From Candidatus Hydrogenedentota bacterium (GTDB taxonomy: Bacteria; Hydrogenedentota; Hydrogenedentia; Hydrogenedentales; SLHB01), in assembly GCA_963745075.1 (NCBI GenBank), contig CAVUWV010000009.1, positions 224,001 through 288,000 on the forward strand: a stretch of DNA of 64,000 nt. Direction: 5' to 3'. Of this stretch, positions 29,976 through 39,340 are shown in pieces. Numbering within the stretch: the first letter of the stretch is position 1; every line of letters begins with the position of its first letter. The translations under genes were made by a program, and so were the position numbers. A model generated the notes under the pieces. It made no database searches. It saw nothing but the letters and a program-made list of their open reading frames with translations, and was not told the origin of the DNA.

Positions 29976-32150
29976 CTATTCTTTTTCCGCGATCAATCCG
30001 TGGTACCGGCCCATCCAATAAGGCAGGAGATAAGCGGCGCCGTCGCTCTCGTTGCGCCCGTCTCCATCCGCGTCCGGCTCGTATGGGTCTCCGTTCCACT
30101 TCTCGAACGTCCGCTCATCTACGGGCAGCACGCGGTCCAGCACGGGCTCATCGAAGCGGTTGGGCCGTTCGGCGAAATGGACGTCGTCGCGCTCGCTGTT
30201 GATCACGCCCCATTGACGCCGGTCCGTGGGAATGCGCTTCAATTGCTCGATGGCGGGTAGGAGGTCGGTTTCATTGGGCGCAATGGTGGCGAAGACGAAC
30301 GCATAAAAGCTGGGCCGTTTCGGCGCCACGATCTTGTAGTGCCGCCGCACCGCCAGGTGGAGAGCCTCGCTCAACACCGGGTCCTTCTCCAACTGGAGAA
30401 TGGGATACCACGCCACAAACCCGAGTTGGTCGTCCGAGTGATTGTACTCGTCGGGAAACACCTTCTTGGAAAGTAGCACGTTGTCCAGGTACCCGTGCTT
30501 GTAGATTAGCTTGCGGTAGTGCTCGTCGTACTTCTTGTCGCCCGTCACGTAATCGGCGACCTTGAGAAACGAGAGCATTTGCAGCGAGTTCAGGCCGTGT
30601 TCGAGATAATGTTCGGGATTTCCGTTCAGCGCCTCCGGATTCCAGAATCCCCACCTTGTGCGCTCGCCGTCCCAGTCGATCAATTGATAGTTGTGATCCA
30701 CGATATAGTCGGTAACGGCACGCACGTGCTTTTCAAGAAGCGCGCGTTCTTCGGGATCGTATTGCGCGATATGTTCAAAATACGTGTAGAACGCAAGGTA
30801 ATGACCGTCGATCTCATCGCTCGACGTGTCACTCTTCCAGTAGCGCTTTCCGTCGGGAGTCGGCCGCCACTGCCGTTTCGCTTCCGGCTTATCGGCGTCC
30901 TTCTTTTTCCCAATGTCCGCCGGCACCACGCTTCGGGCGACCAGCCCCGGAGTTCCCGAAGCGTCTTCAAGCATGTAAAGCGCGTGCATGCCTTCCCGTG
31001 CTGACGCCTTGGCGGCCTCGTCATGCGTTGCGCCATAATCAAGGGACATGGCGGCCACGTGATAGGCCGTCCACAAACCGTCGTTGTCGTTGTCGGAAAT
31101 GGTGTAGTCGGTGGGATGAACGGCGTCGTCCAGCGTGCACGCGGCCACCAGACCCAGACGCCGATGGCGTTCGTTCACCAAGCGCTCGATCGTCTCCGCA
31201 CGCTTCAGCAGCGTCGTCGTCGTCGCATCCAGGCGCCCCAGACCGGCGTTGGTCCACGTGAAGACACTCTTACCGTCCTCCGTCACCGCCACCGCACGAA
31301 CTTCGTCGCCGGGCACATAGCGCAGCCCCTCTCGATAAAACCACTGTCGGCCACGCTCGTACGGGCGATACTGAATCAGGCCCCGGTCGGTGCCAATCCA
31401 AAGCCGGTCGCGCCCATCAACAGCCAATGAAGTGATGGCCTCGACAGGGAGCCCATCCTTGCCGCGCAAGGTCGTCCAAGAGCCGTCGTGACGGCGAAGG
31501 CTCAACCCGAGCTTCGTTCCGATCCACAACGTGCCTTGGGAATCGTTGGTCAGGGCCGTGATCTCGGTGGATGCAGGACCGTTATCGCCATAGTGAGGGT
31601 AGCGAACCGGCTTCTGACGAGGTGCCGCGCGATGCAGGCCTTGTCCGTCGGAAAACCAGATAACCTCGTCTTGCAGCGCGAACGCCGTCAGTTCGTTGTC
31701 TTTTGCGACCCGCTGCACTTCCGTCCACGCACTGTCGGGAATGCGACCGAGATATCGTTGGAGTTGAACGTCTGCTTCCACACGCGAGGAATCGGGCGCG
31801 ATGGATTCGTTTGTCCGGTTCCAGGTCCCGGACGAATCGTGTTCGAAGATGCCGTCAGCCGTTGCGGCGAGCAGCGCGCCGTCGCCGTTCACACCCAGCG
31901 CAAGGACTTCCCCGCCGGGGCCGCTGACGTCGAAGTCCCGCACCTGCTCTTCAAACGGCGGCACCACGATGGGGAGTTTCCACGCCGGCGCCGTCTCCGG
32001 ATCGCGGACCAGATGTTCTTTCGCGTTGATTCCCGGCACTACATTGGAAAGCGGCGGTGCTGGGGTCGCGGCCGGGGCGGCCATGCAACTAAGCATCAAT
32101 ATCGACATGCTGAAGGGTCTAAAATCTAACATAAGTGCGTGGCCTTTCAA
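29976..32150 (-). CDS. Secreted hypothetical protein: regulator-propeller-like repeats plus helical domain
   Basis: DSQGTLWIGT..GL, DGRDRLWIGT..GL repeats; DNDGLWT and DTSSDE motifs in the C-domain. Confidence 0.7.
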   Translation of the reverse strand: MKGHALMLDFRPFSMSILMLSCMAAPAATPAPPLSNVVPGINAKEHLVRDPETAPAWKLPIVVPPFEEQVRDFDVSGPGGEVLALGVNGDGALLAATADGIFEHDSSGTWNRTNESIAPDSSRVEADVQLQRYLGRIPDSAWTEVQRVAKDNELTAFALQDEVIWFSDGQGLHRAAPRQKPVRYPHYGDNGPASTEITALTNDSQGTLWIGTKLGLSLRRHDGSWTTLRGKDGLPVEAITSLAVDGRDRLWIGTDRGLIQYRPYERGRQWFYREGLRYVPGDEVRAVAVTEDGKSVFTWTNAGLGRLDATTTTLLKRAETIERLVNERHRRLGLVAACTLDDAVHPTDYTISDNDNDGLWTAYHVAAMSLDYGATHDEAAKASAREGMHALYMLEDASGTPGLVARSVVPADIGKKKDADKPEAKRQWRPTPDGKRYWKSDTSSDEIDGHYLAFYTYFEHIAQYDPEERALLEKHVRAVTDYIVDHNYQLIDWDGERTRWGFWNPEALNGNPEHYLEHGLNSLQMLSFLKVADYVTGDKKYDEHYRKLIYKHGYLDNVLLSKKVFPDEYNHSDDQLGFVAWYPILQLEKDPVLSEALHLAVRRHYKIVAPKRPSFYAFVFATIAPNETDLLPAIEQLKRIPTDRRQWGVINSERDDVHFAERPNRFDEPVLDRVLPVDERTFEKWNGDPYEPDADGDGRNESDGAAYLLPYWMGRYHGLIAEKE

Positions 32151-32226
32151 TGAGATAAAGGCGAATAACGATCAACCGTTCATAGTTCGCGGCTATGCAA
32201 AACCGATGGCCCGCATAAGGTACGCT

Positions 32227-33126
32227 TTATGGGGCTTCGGGAGCAGGTTCGGTGGCCCCCTCAGCGGGCGCGGGTGTGGTCCCTGTCGATTCTGTCGGCG
32301 TGGTTTCTGCCGGAGCGGGCGCGTTCTGATCTGGCGGCGATGTCTCCGGCGACGCCGCACTATTCACCGTGGAATCCGTAGTAGGGGACAAAGGAAGTTC
32401 AATGCTGGAAAGATCGGACGCGGATACATCGGCCGGTGCGAACAATGCGGGATTCGACTTGCTCAACCGGTCCAGGGCCGCCTGGGCCTCTTGCGCCACG
32501 TTGGAATCGGGGAAGACGGTGGTCTGTTCGCGATAGGATTCGATAGCGCCTTTCAGGTTGTCTTGCTTCTCTTCAACCCGCGCCACGTTGAGCGGCTGCC
32601 GCCGGGCCGTGAAACTGGTCGGCCATTTCTGCGTTATCTCGCGATAGGAAGAGAGGGCTGAATCCAAATCTCCCCCATCTTCCGCAATATAGGCAAGCCC
32701 TTCCACAGCATTTGGCACGTACTGCGATTCGGGGTATTCCGTGCGCACCCGTTCATAAAGTGTCTTCGCCTTGTCGTAGTCTTCCGCCCAAAACGCCGTT
32801 TCCGCTGTGACGTACACGATTTCTGCCATGGCCGGATCGGAATCCTTATTCGCTATCAACGGCTCCAGTGCCGCCAGCCGTTCCTGCGGATCCTCGTTTT
32901 CCATGGCTTCCGCATAGGCGGTGTACAGATCGCGCACGACGGCTTCCCGGTGCGCCCGATACAACATGCCAGCGATCAGACAGGCGACGATAAAGATAAC
33001 GGCCCCGAGGTAAAGCGCCGGATTCTCCTTAATCTGTTCCACCAAGGCCGTCAGGTCGCCTTGCGCCTTTGGCTGATCCTCGAAAAGAGACTTTTTCTTC
33101 TTCTTTCGTGCCTTCTCCGCTGCCAT
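32227..33126 (-). CDS. Membrane-anchored TPR protein (YfgM-like)
   Basis: Basic N-terminus, single TM, TPRs ending YPES/WPTS/FPDS, Pro/Ala/Thr-rich tail. Confidence 0.75.
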   Translation of the reverse strand: MAAEKARKKKKKSLFEDQPKAQGDLTALVEQIKENPALYLGAVIFIVACLIAGMLYRAHREAVVRDLYTAYAEAMENEDPQERLAALEPLIANKDSDPAMAEIVYVTAETAFWAEDYDKAKTLYERVRTEYPESQYVPNAVEGLAYIAEDGGDLDSALSSYREITQKWPTSFTARRQPLNVARVEEKQDNLKGAIESYREQTTVFPDSNVAQEAQAALDRLSKSNPALFAPADVSASDLSSIELPLSPTTDSTVNSAASPETSPPDQNAPAPAETTPTESTGTTPAPAEGATEPAPEAP

Positions 33127-33311
33127 GAAACCTGATCACTCCAAAGTTCTGTTCAATCGGGAATGAAAGCAACCCATACCAAAAGGCCGCTTGGAATCGC
33201 GAATACTGCCAGAAAGTGGGGGGGCTTGGCAACCTTTCTGCCCATAGTTCCGGCCGTCAGCAGCCCAACTAAACCGACAGACCAATCCTCCGGCGCGTCC
33301 CCGATTGCCGT

Positions 33312-33824
33312 TTACAGCATGCGGCCCCATTCCACAATTTGCCAGGTATTCCCCGTCTTTTCCAGGTACACGTTCATCTGGCCCTGAAGCACCATGGGCG
33401 GGTTTTCGTTCGGATTAAACGGCTCGGCGCGGGTGCCGAACGTTTCCACCGCGCGCGCGCGGTTGCCCTCGACGTATACCTGCGGCTGCACGCGCGTAAT
33501 GCTGATTTCCTTGTACCGCTTGAACAACTCGTTTAAGTACGTTTGCAGGTCGTTGTAGTCCCGCCCCTCCGCATCGGCGTACGTGCGCGAAACATGCGCA
33601 AGTACTTTATAGATCTTGCGGGACTGCATCCCCCGGTGCACGTCGTCCAGGACGCCAAGAATCTGTTCCTCGTCACTCAACCGCGGGCCCGTGAGCCCTG
33701 GGATTTCCGGAATTTCCACGGGAAGTTCGCGTCCGCACCCGTTCGTCGCAAGGTACGTAAACGCTAGCAGGAGTGCAATCGCGACGCCAACTCCTCGCGG
33801 CGTGCGCTGTCGGACACCGGTCAT
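33312..33824 (-). CDS. Lipoprotein with NTF2/SnoaL-like domain
   Basis: Lipobox-like TNGC; ends YLEKTGNTWQIVEW. Confidence 0.65.
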   Translation of the reverse strand: MTGVRQRTPRGVGVAIALLLAFTYLATNGCGRELPVEIPEIPGLTGPRLSDEEQILGVLDDVHRGMQSRKIYKVLAHVSRTYADAEGRDYNDLQTYLNELFKRYKEISITRVQPQVYVEGNRARAVETFGTRAEPFNPNENPPMVLQGQMNVYLEKTGNTWQIVEWGRML

Positions 33825-34369
33825 AGGTTGCCTTCAGGAGTGACGGTAAGAATCAACTGACGTCCCTTCGTCAGACCAAGGTCCCGAATCGTGACGCTCA
33901 ACCGCTTGTTGGCTTTCGTGAAGAGCAAATCCGCGCCGTCCGCCTGGATAACGTTTTGCAGCTTCCAATCTGCGGTGGGACACTCGCGAATATAGAATTG
34001 CGCCAGATCGTTCACGGACGCCTTCGTCGTATACACCATGCGGCCAATCTGAAGGTCCGCATCTTCATACACAAACGTCTTTTCCAGGTCCTCGTTCACA
34101 TTTTGCGGCAGCGGCACGTCGGCAAACCGTTGGGACGCAGACAGCGCGAGTCCCGGTTCCGGGGGCGGTGCTGCGGCCGCCGAAGGCGGCATCGTGTCTC
34201 CGTTTTCGACCAATTCCGCCGGCGGCGGCGTGGACGACTTCGCAAAGGGGTTTCCGGTCTGGCAACCGACCGACACGACCGCGCAAAGCAACACGAGGCC
34301 CAACAACCACGGCGTAGCGCGCAGTGAAAAACGAACAGTACGCTGCATCACAAGGACCCTTTCTATCAT
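33821..34369 (-). CDS. Hypothetical lipoprotein
   Basis: Lipobox SVGC; RFADVPLP..LAQFY..W motif; ATGA overlap with downstream gene; start uncertain. Confidence 0.65.
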   Translation of the reverse strand: MIERVLVMQRTVRFSLRATPWLLGLVLLCAVVSVGCQTGNPFAKSSTPPPAELVENGDTMPPSAAAAPPPEPGLALSASQRFADVPLPQNVNEDLEKTFVYEDADLQIGRMVYTTKASVNDLAQFYIRECPTADWKLQNVIQADGADLLFTKANKRLSVTIRDLGLTKGRQLILTVTPEGNL

Positions 34370-34559
34370 CGGTAGCTGCCTCCCCCAAACCGAATACCTG
34401 CAACATACCCTAGTTTATATGCGAATCTCGACAAAAGTTCCTGAAGGATAGGTAGAAGAATACGCCTACAGCGGAGGTCGATCAACAGTGGCTCGTTCTG
34501 TGCTTCCTATTCACAGTCACATGTCAACGGGTCGCGCGGAACTTCGCGGCAAAGACGCC

Positions 34560-35432
34560 TTACACTTGCACCTTCGCGATATGCTCCACGTTGGCGTCGA
34601 TCTCCTTCGGGTCCAACACGCCGATGGTCATCGCGTCAACGCATCCGAGACCCAGCACGAACTGCAACGACTCGGGCAGCCGGTCAGCGGTTTCCCCCTC
34701 GCCGGCGATTTTCATCCCCAGAATCGCCTTCCCGTTGTCGTGGGCGGTCTTCAGCACTGCCGCAACCTCTTCCGGCGTGCCGTCCATCTTGACGCCGAAA
34801 GGATTGATGCGCGAAAGCATCACGTCAACCCACTCCGATTCCGCCGCCCGCTTCATCGCGTCGAGGTTATGACAAGACACGCCGTGGGCGCGGATATACC
34901 CCTTGGCTTTGGCCTCGGCCAGTTCATCCATGCAGCTTTCCAGCGTCTCGGGCCATTTCCCGTCCGTAAGGCAATGGAGCAGACAGATATCCACATACGG
35001 GGTGTCGAGTTCTTTCCGGAAGCGCTCTACGTCCGCCCGGATGAGGTTCGGTTCTCGCGACACGGTCTTGCTCAACAGCATCACGTCTTCGCGTTGTACC
35101 GTGTTCTGGATCGCTTGTTTCATGTAGTCGTGGGCGCCGTACATGTCGGCCATGTCAAAGTATCGAACGCCGGACGCGTAGGCGTGTTCGATCAGAGAAA
35201 CGAATGCCTTCCGGCCTTTGCGATTCTGCGCGGAACTGCCGTTCCACGCTTTCGTTCCGGTTCCCATGCCCAGGAGCGAGCACTCGATTCCCGTTTTGCC
35301 CAGCGTCCGCTTCTCGCTGGCGGCAAACGTTCCCGCCGCTCGAGCCGTCGGGCCCAGACTGGCCGCCGCGAGTCCGGCCGCCAGACTCCCCGCCGTCCGT
35401 TTCATGAAATCGCGCCGATTCATCCATCGCAT
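34560..35432 (-). CDS. Aldo/keto reductase with Tat signal
   Basis: NRRDFMK; RTLGKTG, FDMADMYG, LDTPYVDICLLH, GVSCH, GMK. Confidence 0.9.
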   Translation of the reverse strand: MRWMNRRDFMKRTAGSLAAGLAAASLGPTARAAGTFAASEKRTLGKTGIECSLLGMGTGTKAWNGSSAQNRKGRKAFVSLIEHAYASGVRYFDMADMYGAHDYMKQAIQNTVQREDVMLLSKTVSREPNLIRADVERFRKELDTPYVDICLLHCLTDGKWPETLESCMDELAEAKAKGYIRAHGVSCHNLDAMKRAAESEWVDVMLSRINPFGVKMDGTPEEVAAVLKTAHDNGKAILGMKIAGEGETADRLPESLQFVLGLGCVDAMTIGVLDPKEIDANVEHIAKVQV

Positions 35433-35552
35433 AATTGAGGGGTTCCTTTCAGCTTCGCTCCATTGTACACGATGGCGAAGCGCGAGCAAAGACGCACAAA
35501 CACGTTCGCGGAAAGTTGCTAACGTGTGCAAATTACCGTGGTTGCGTCGTTC

Positions 35553-35710
35553 AGAAGCTGCGAAACGCCGGATGTTTTCAACAAGGTGTCGACTTCCAGA
35601 ATCAGGATGATGCTTTCGTCCTGGGCACTGGATGGCGACGTGCACATCATTACCCGAACCTTAACCGGAATCCCCCGCCTCCGGTCTTAACCTCCATGCC
35701 GGATGCGTGT
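35553..35710 (-). ncRNA. Candidate structured small RNA (or 43-aa smORF transcript)
   Basis: Extended -10 TGgTATAAT (35723-35715); long imperfect G-U-rich rod folded by eye. Confidence 0.35.
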
Positions 35711-35796
35711 TTTGATTATACCAGACATCCGCCGATGCCCGGTCGAATATTGCGAAAATCGACGGTGGTCGCGTGTTTCGCCTCAGATCGAGGGGC

Positions 35797-37296
35797 TCAG
35801 TGCCGAGTGACGCACCAAAACCCGTAGAGTTGCGCGTTCTTCATCCGGAACCGGACGACTACCGGTCGGGTAACATCAATCAATGCAGGATCCTCCCAAC
35901 GCACCGCCGCGTCCAACGAGTCCTCGGAAATCGGCAAGGAATGGGCGATCGCGTTTTGGCTCTCCGCGTCTAGCAAATTGACCGTGATTTCCCCAAACCG
36001 GCTTTCGGCGTTTAGATGGAGTTCGGGACTCGATAGCCGTACCGGAACGGTTTCAACCGTCCCCTCCGAAAACGGCGCATCCAGCGACACAAACCGATCG
36101 AGCGGAATCGTGCCGAAACCGATACCTCCGCCGGGTTCGCCATCGTCGTCACCCTGATAGGGGCTGTGCCGGTACGTGCGGCCACCGAAATAGAAGCGCA
36201 AATCGTCGCCGACCCGAATCGGCGGATTATTCGCCACCGACGTGTTGAACCGGTCCCAGGACCCAATCGCTCCCACCGGGATAAACGGCGTCCGGTCGCC
36301 CACCCGCGTGAAGGAAATGCCGTCATGGCTCACCGCGAGTTGGATGTCGAGATAGCAGGCGTCTTCCTGGTTGTGAAAGATTTGGACAAGGCCGATGTAC
36401 GCACTTTCGTAAGGGAACACCTGCATGGAGTAGATCTCGGTGCCGGGGAGATCGTTGATGTCCGCTGTCATCACGACCGGCGCAGAAGCCGGCGTCTTGA
36501 AGCTCCAGTCCCGGAAATCCGGTGACTCCACGCGTGCCACCGCTCGCCCCCACCAGTATTTCTCGACCCACGGGTCGCCGGACCACGCCGTCTTCAATTC
36601 CGGCGGCAAGAACTTGGTGCGACCGTAGAGTACGAAGTTATCCGTGGCGGGGTCGACCATCCAATACGTGCCACCATCGCAGATGGCCTCCGTCACCCAG
36701 CTCTTCTGCAAAGTCCAGTGGATGCCGTCAGGACTCGTGGCCACGCCGAGACCCCGGCGCTGGCCCTTATGAAACGGGTCTTCATCAGGTCCGGAATAAT
36801 CCGGCTGTAGACTCAGATAGCCCATGACGTAGCGAGCATCGGGGTTTTCGGGTTGGTCCACCTTGTGGACGCCGAACAACTCGTAGAACTGGGGAATGTA
36901 ATTCGGTGTACCCTCCGTCGCATTCCGATCGATGAGAATATTTGTGTCTTCTCCGTTAACGAGATGCAGTCCCAGGAGTGGTTTCCTCCACACAATGCCG
37001 TCCTCGCTCTCCGCGTAACTCACGCCCGATCCGCCGTGGTACCACATGCGATACCGGCCGCCGTCGCGCAGCACAGAACCGTACAGGACCGCCACCTTGC
37101 CTTCCCACGATTCCGTCGGCCATAAGACCGGGTTGTGCTCACTCTTCGAGACGGGATGGATGGTCCGGCTGACGTTTTCCACCCGCGCCACGACGTGGTC
37201 ATCGAGAAAAAGCTGTTTCACGGAGGTAACTGGAATGGGTTCTTGCGCCGAGGCCACCGTTAGCACAAGAACCAATAGGGGAAGCGTACGCATCAT
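35797..37296 (-). CDS. Secreted five-bladed beta-propeller, glycoside-hydrolase-like protein
   Basis: KQLFLDD, NPVL, YRMWY, SEDGIVW, SPDGIHW, SHDGISF repeats, LDRFVSL. Confidence 0.75.
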   Translation of the reverse strand: MMRTLPLLVLVLTVASAQEPIPVTSVKQLFLDDHVVARVENVSRTIHPVSKSEHNPVLWPTESWEGKVAVLYGSVLRDGGRYRMWYHGGSGVSYAESEDGIVWRKPLLGLHLVNGEDTNILIDRNATEGTPNYIPQFYELFGVHKVDQPENPDARYVMGYLSLQPDYSGPDEDPFHKGQRRGLGVATSPDGIHWTLQKSWVTEAICDGGTYWMVDPATDNFVLYGRTKFLPPELKTAWSGDPWVEKYWWGRAVARVESPDFRDWSFKTPASAPVVMTADINDLPGTEIYSMQVFPYESAYIGLVQIFHNQEDACYLDIQLAVSHDGISFTRVGDRTPFIPVGAIGSWDRFNTSVANNPPIRVGDDLRFYFGGRTYRHSPYQGDDDGEPGGGIGFGTIPLDRFVSLDAPFSEGTVETVPVRLSSPELHLNAESRFGEITVNLLDAESQNAIAHSLPISEDSLDAAVRWEDPALIDVTRPVVVRFRMKNAQLYGFWCVTRH

Positions 37297-37319
37297 CTAA
37301 TCCTCCGGCCTTGATTCAA

Positions 37320-39330
37320 TTAGTGGACGGTACTGCTCGCCGAGGTTTGGTCGCAAAATAACGAATCGCCGCGCCGTCCGATCCGCCACGACGCACCGAA
37401 AGCCGCCACTTCAAATTCGCAATCCGCGCCTTCAGTAACTTGTACGGCATGAATGACAAGATCGGCGGGAACGGTCTTCCCCTCGAATGGCACGAGCAGC
37501 GAGACGAACGTCGCGGCGCCGTCGCCGTTGTAGGCATAGCGCACCCACGTGCGTTCCGTCCGGTGTCCGTACTTCCACGCAAACCAGCCGTCGCGCGTTT
37601 CCACCGATACCGGCGCCTTTGGATCCATCCAAATCAGAAGATTCGAATCGTCGAAACCCGTCGTAACCGTGTGCTGTTCCCTATCTGCGATGACAGCGCC
37701 CGGCGCCATTTGAAAATTCAATTCGACCGTTCCATCCGCGGAGCCCAGCGCCTCGTCGTAGATCACAAGAAACCGATGGCCAACAAACCAGACCGTTCGC
37801 CGATGGATCTGCCCCTCATACGAGTTGTTCTCCACGCAGACCGCATCGAAACCCGGTTCATTTGCCCACGCGACGAGGTGTCCGTCCACCTTGGTATCCT
37901 TGCCGTCCACGGTCAGCGTGTTATGGACCTGCGTCTGGCGGTGCCACGCCCGGGCTTCCGGGTCGTGGCCGTACGTGTAGTATCCGCTGTCCGTGATCAG
38001 CCACCGGCCGCGTGCATATAACTCGAACGTGCCGTTGTCGGGTTGGTCGTGACCGCTGATGGCGGGTGGCGAACAGTGCAACGCGAAATAGGTTTGCTGC
38101 GGTCCCCACGCGTCGCGCAGAAAGTACATCCCCGCCTCGGGAAAGGAGTAACTCGTCTGTTCGGGCAGATGGTCGTAATCCAACGTCGCCCGAGCCGCGT
38201 ATTCCGGATCATTCAGCGTTTCCGACGCCTTCATCAACGTCGAATACAAATCCATGGCACTCCGTTTCTCGGGTATCGGGTAGGTACGGCTCGTGTCGCC
38301 GAATAGGACGTATCCCAGGTCCGGCGTCGCCATGGCGAACAGGTACTCATGCATCAAGCGCACGCGTTCGCGGTAGTCCTCGGGAACCTCGATCCCAAAC
38401 GACTCCATCCGTCCCATGATCTCGACCGCATCCCGCATCACGCCGCTGTGATACCCGCCCGACCATTCGCGCTGAACCCCGTCCGACGTCGTTTGCGCCA
38501 GCAGATTCTCCCGCGCCCGCGCCAAGGCCAGCTCCATCCACTCATGCGATTCCTTGAACTCCGGGAAGGTGTACGCCACATTCACGAACCCGCGCTGTTC
38601 GAAGATGGCCTTGTTGTGCACCTTCCCCATCGGCTCGCGTTCGGTCTTCTTCTCGTGGTCGTACATGCTCGCCAGGAACACGCCCAGGAATTCCGGCGTG
38701 AACGCGTCCGAATGCACCATCACGCGAAACGCTTGGCAAAGGTTGGTCGCACGAATCCCCGTCTGGATGTCCAGCCACGGATACCCTTTCCAGATCGTAT
38801 AGACGGGGTGGGTGACGTTGCGTTTTTCCAGCGGGATGTTTGCGAATCCAATCTGCGGTCAAGTCCACGAAAGCTTGCGCGTACTTATCATCGCGCGTCG
38901 ACCGGTACGCCTCGACCAGTGGCCCGGCCCAATAAAACCGGTACATGGCCGCCACCCACTCAATATCCCCGCGCGGGTCCCACGCCCAATCGATGTCCTC
39001 ACCGTACTCGGCCTTTTCGTATGGCCCCCACCGAAAGATGTGATTTACCGCATCATCAGCTTCCTGCCGGACGCTGTCGGACAGCCCCGATTGGTCGTTG
39101 GGCCAAGGGTACGTTTTGCGATAATGTTCTCGAAGAGCGGCGAGAGCCGCCCTCTTACCGTCACTCTGAAGCGCGGCTTGAACATCAGCCAATTCGGTCC
39201 TGGACAGATCAAGGTACTCCAGGACATGCTCCGGCTTCAGGGAGGTGAGGGAATCCGGTTGCGCATCACACCACGCCGAAACGGTGAACACGCAGCACGC
39301 GATGACAGCAATCAATCCGGTCCTGCTCAT
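37320..39330 (-). CDS. Heparinase II/III-family protein (one +1 frameshift near 38833)
   Basis: DGVQREWSGGYH, GHDQPDNG, DSGYYTY, HNTLTVDG; signal peptide MSRTGLIAV in ORF 38542-39453; frames join as KHP-LEKR. Confidence 0.85.
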
Positions 39331-39340
39331 GGTTCCTCCG

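Noticed and set aside
35590..35655. Hammerhead ribozyme (GGACGAAA on the minus strand)
   Set aside because: The required CUGAnGA core is absent
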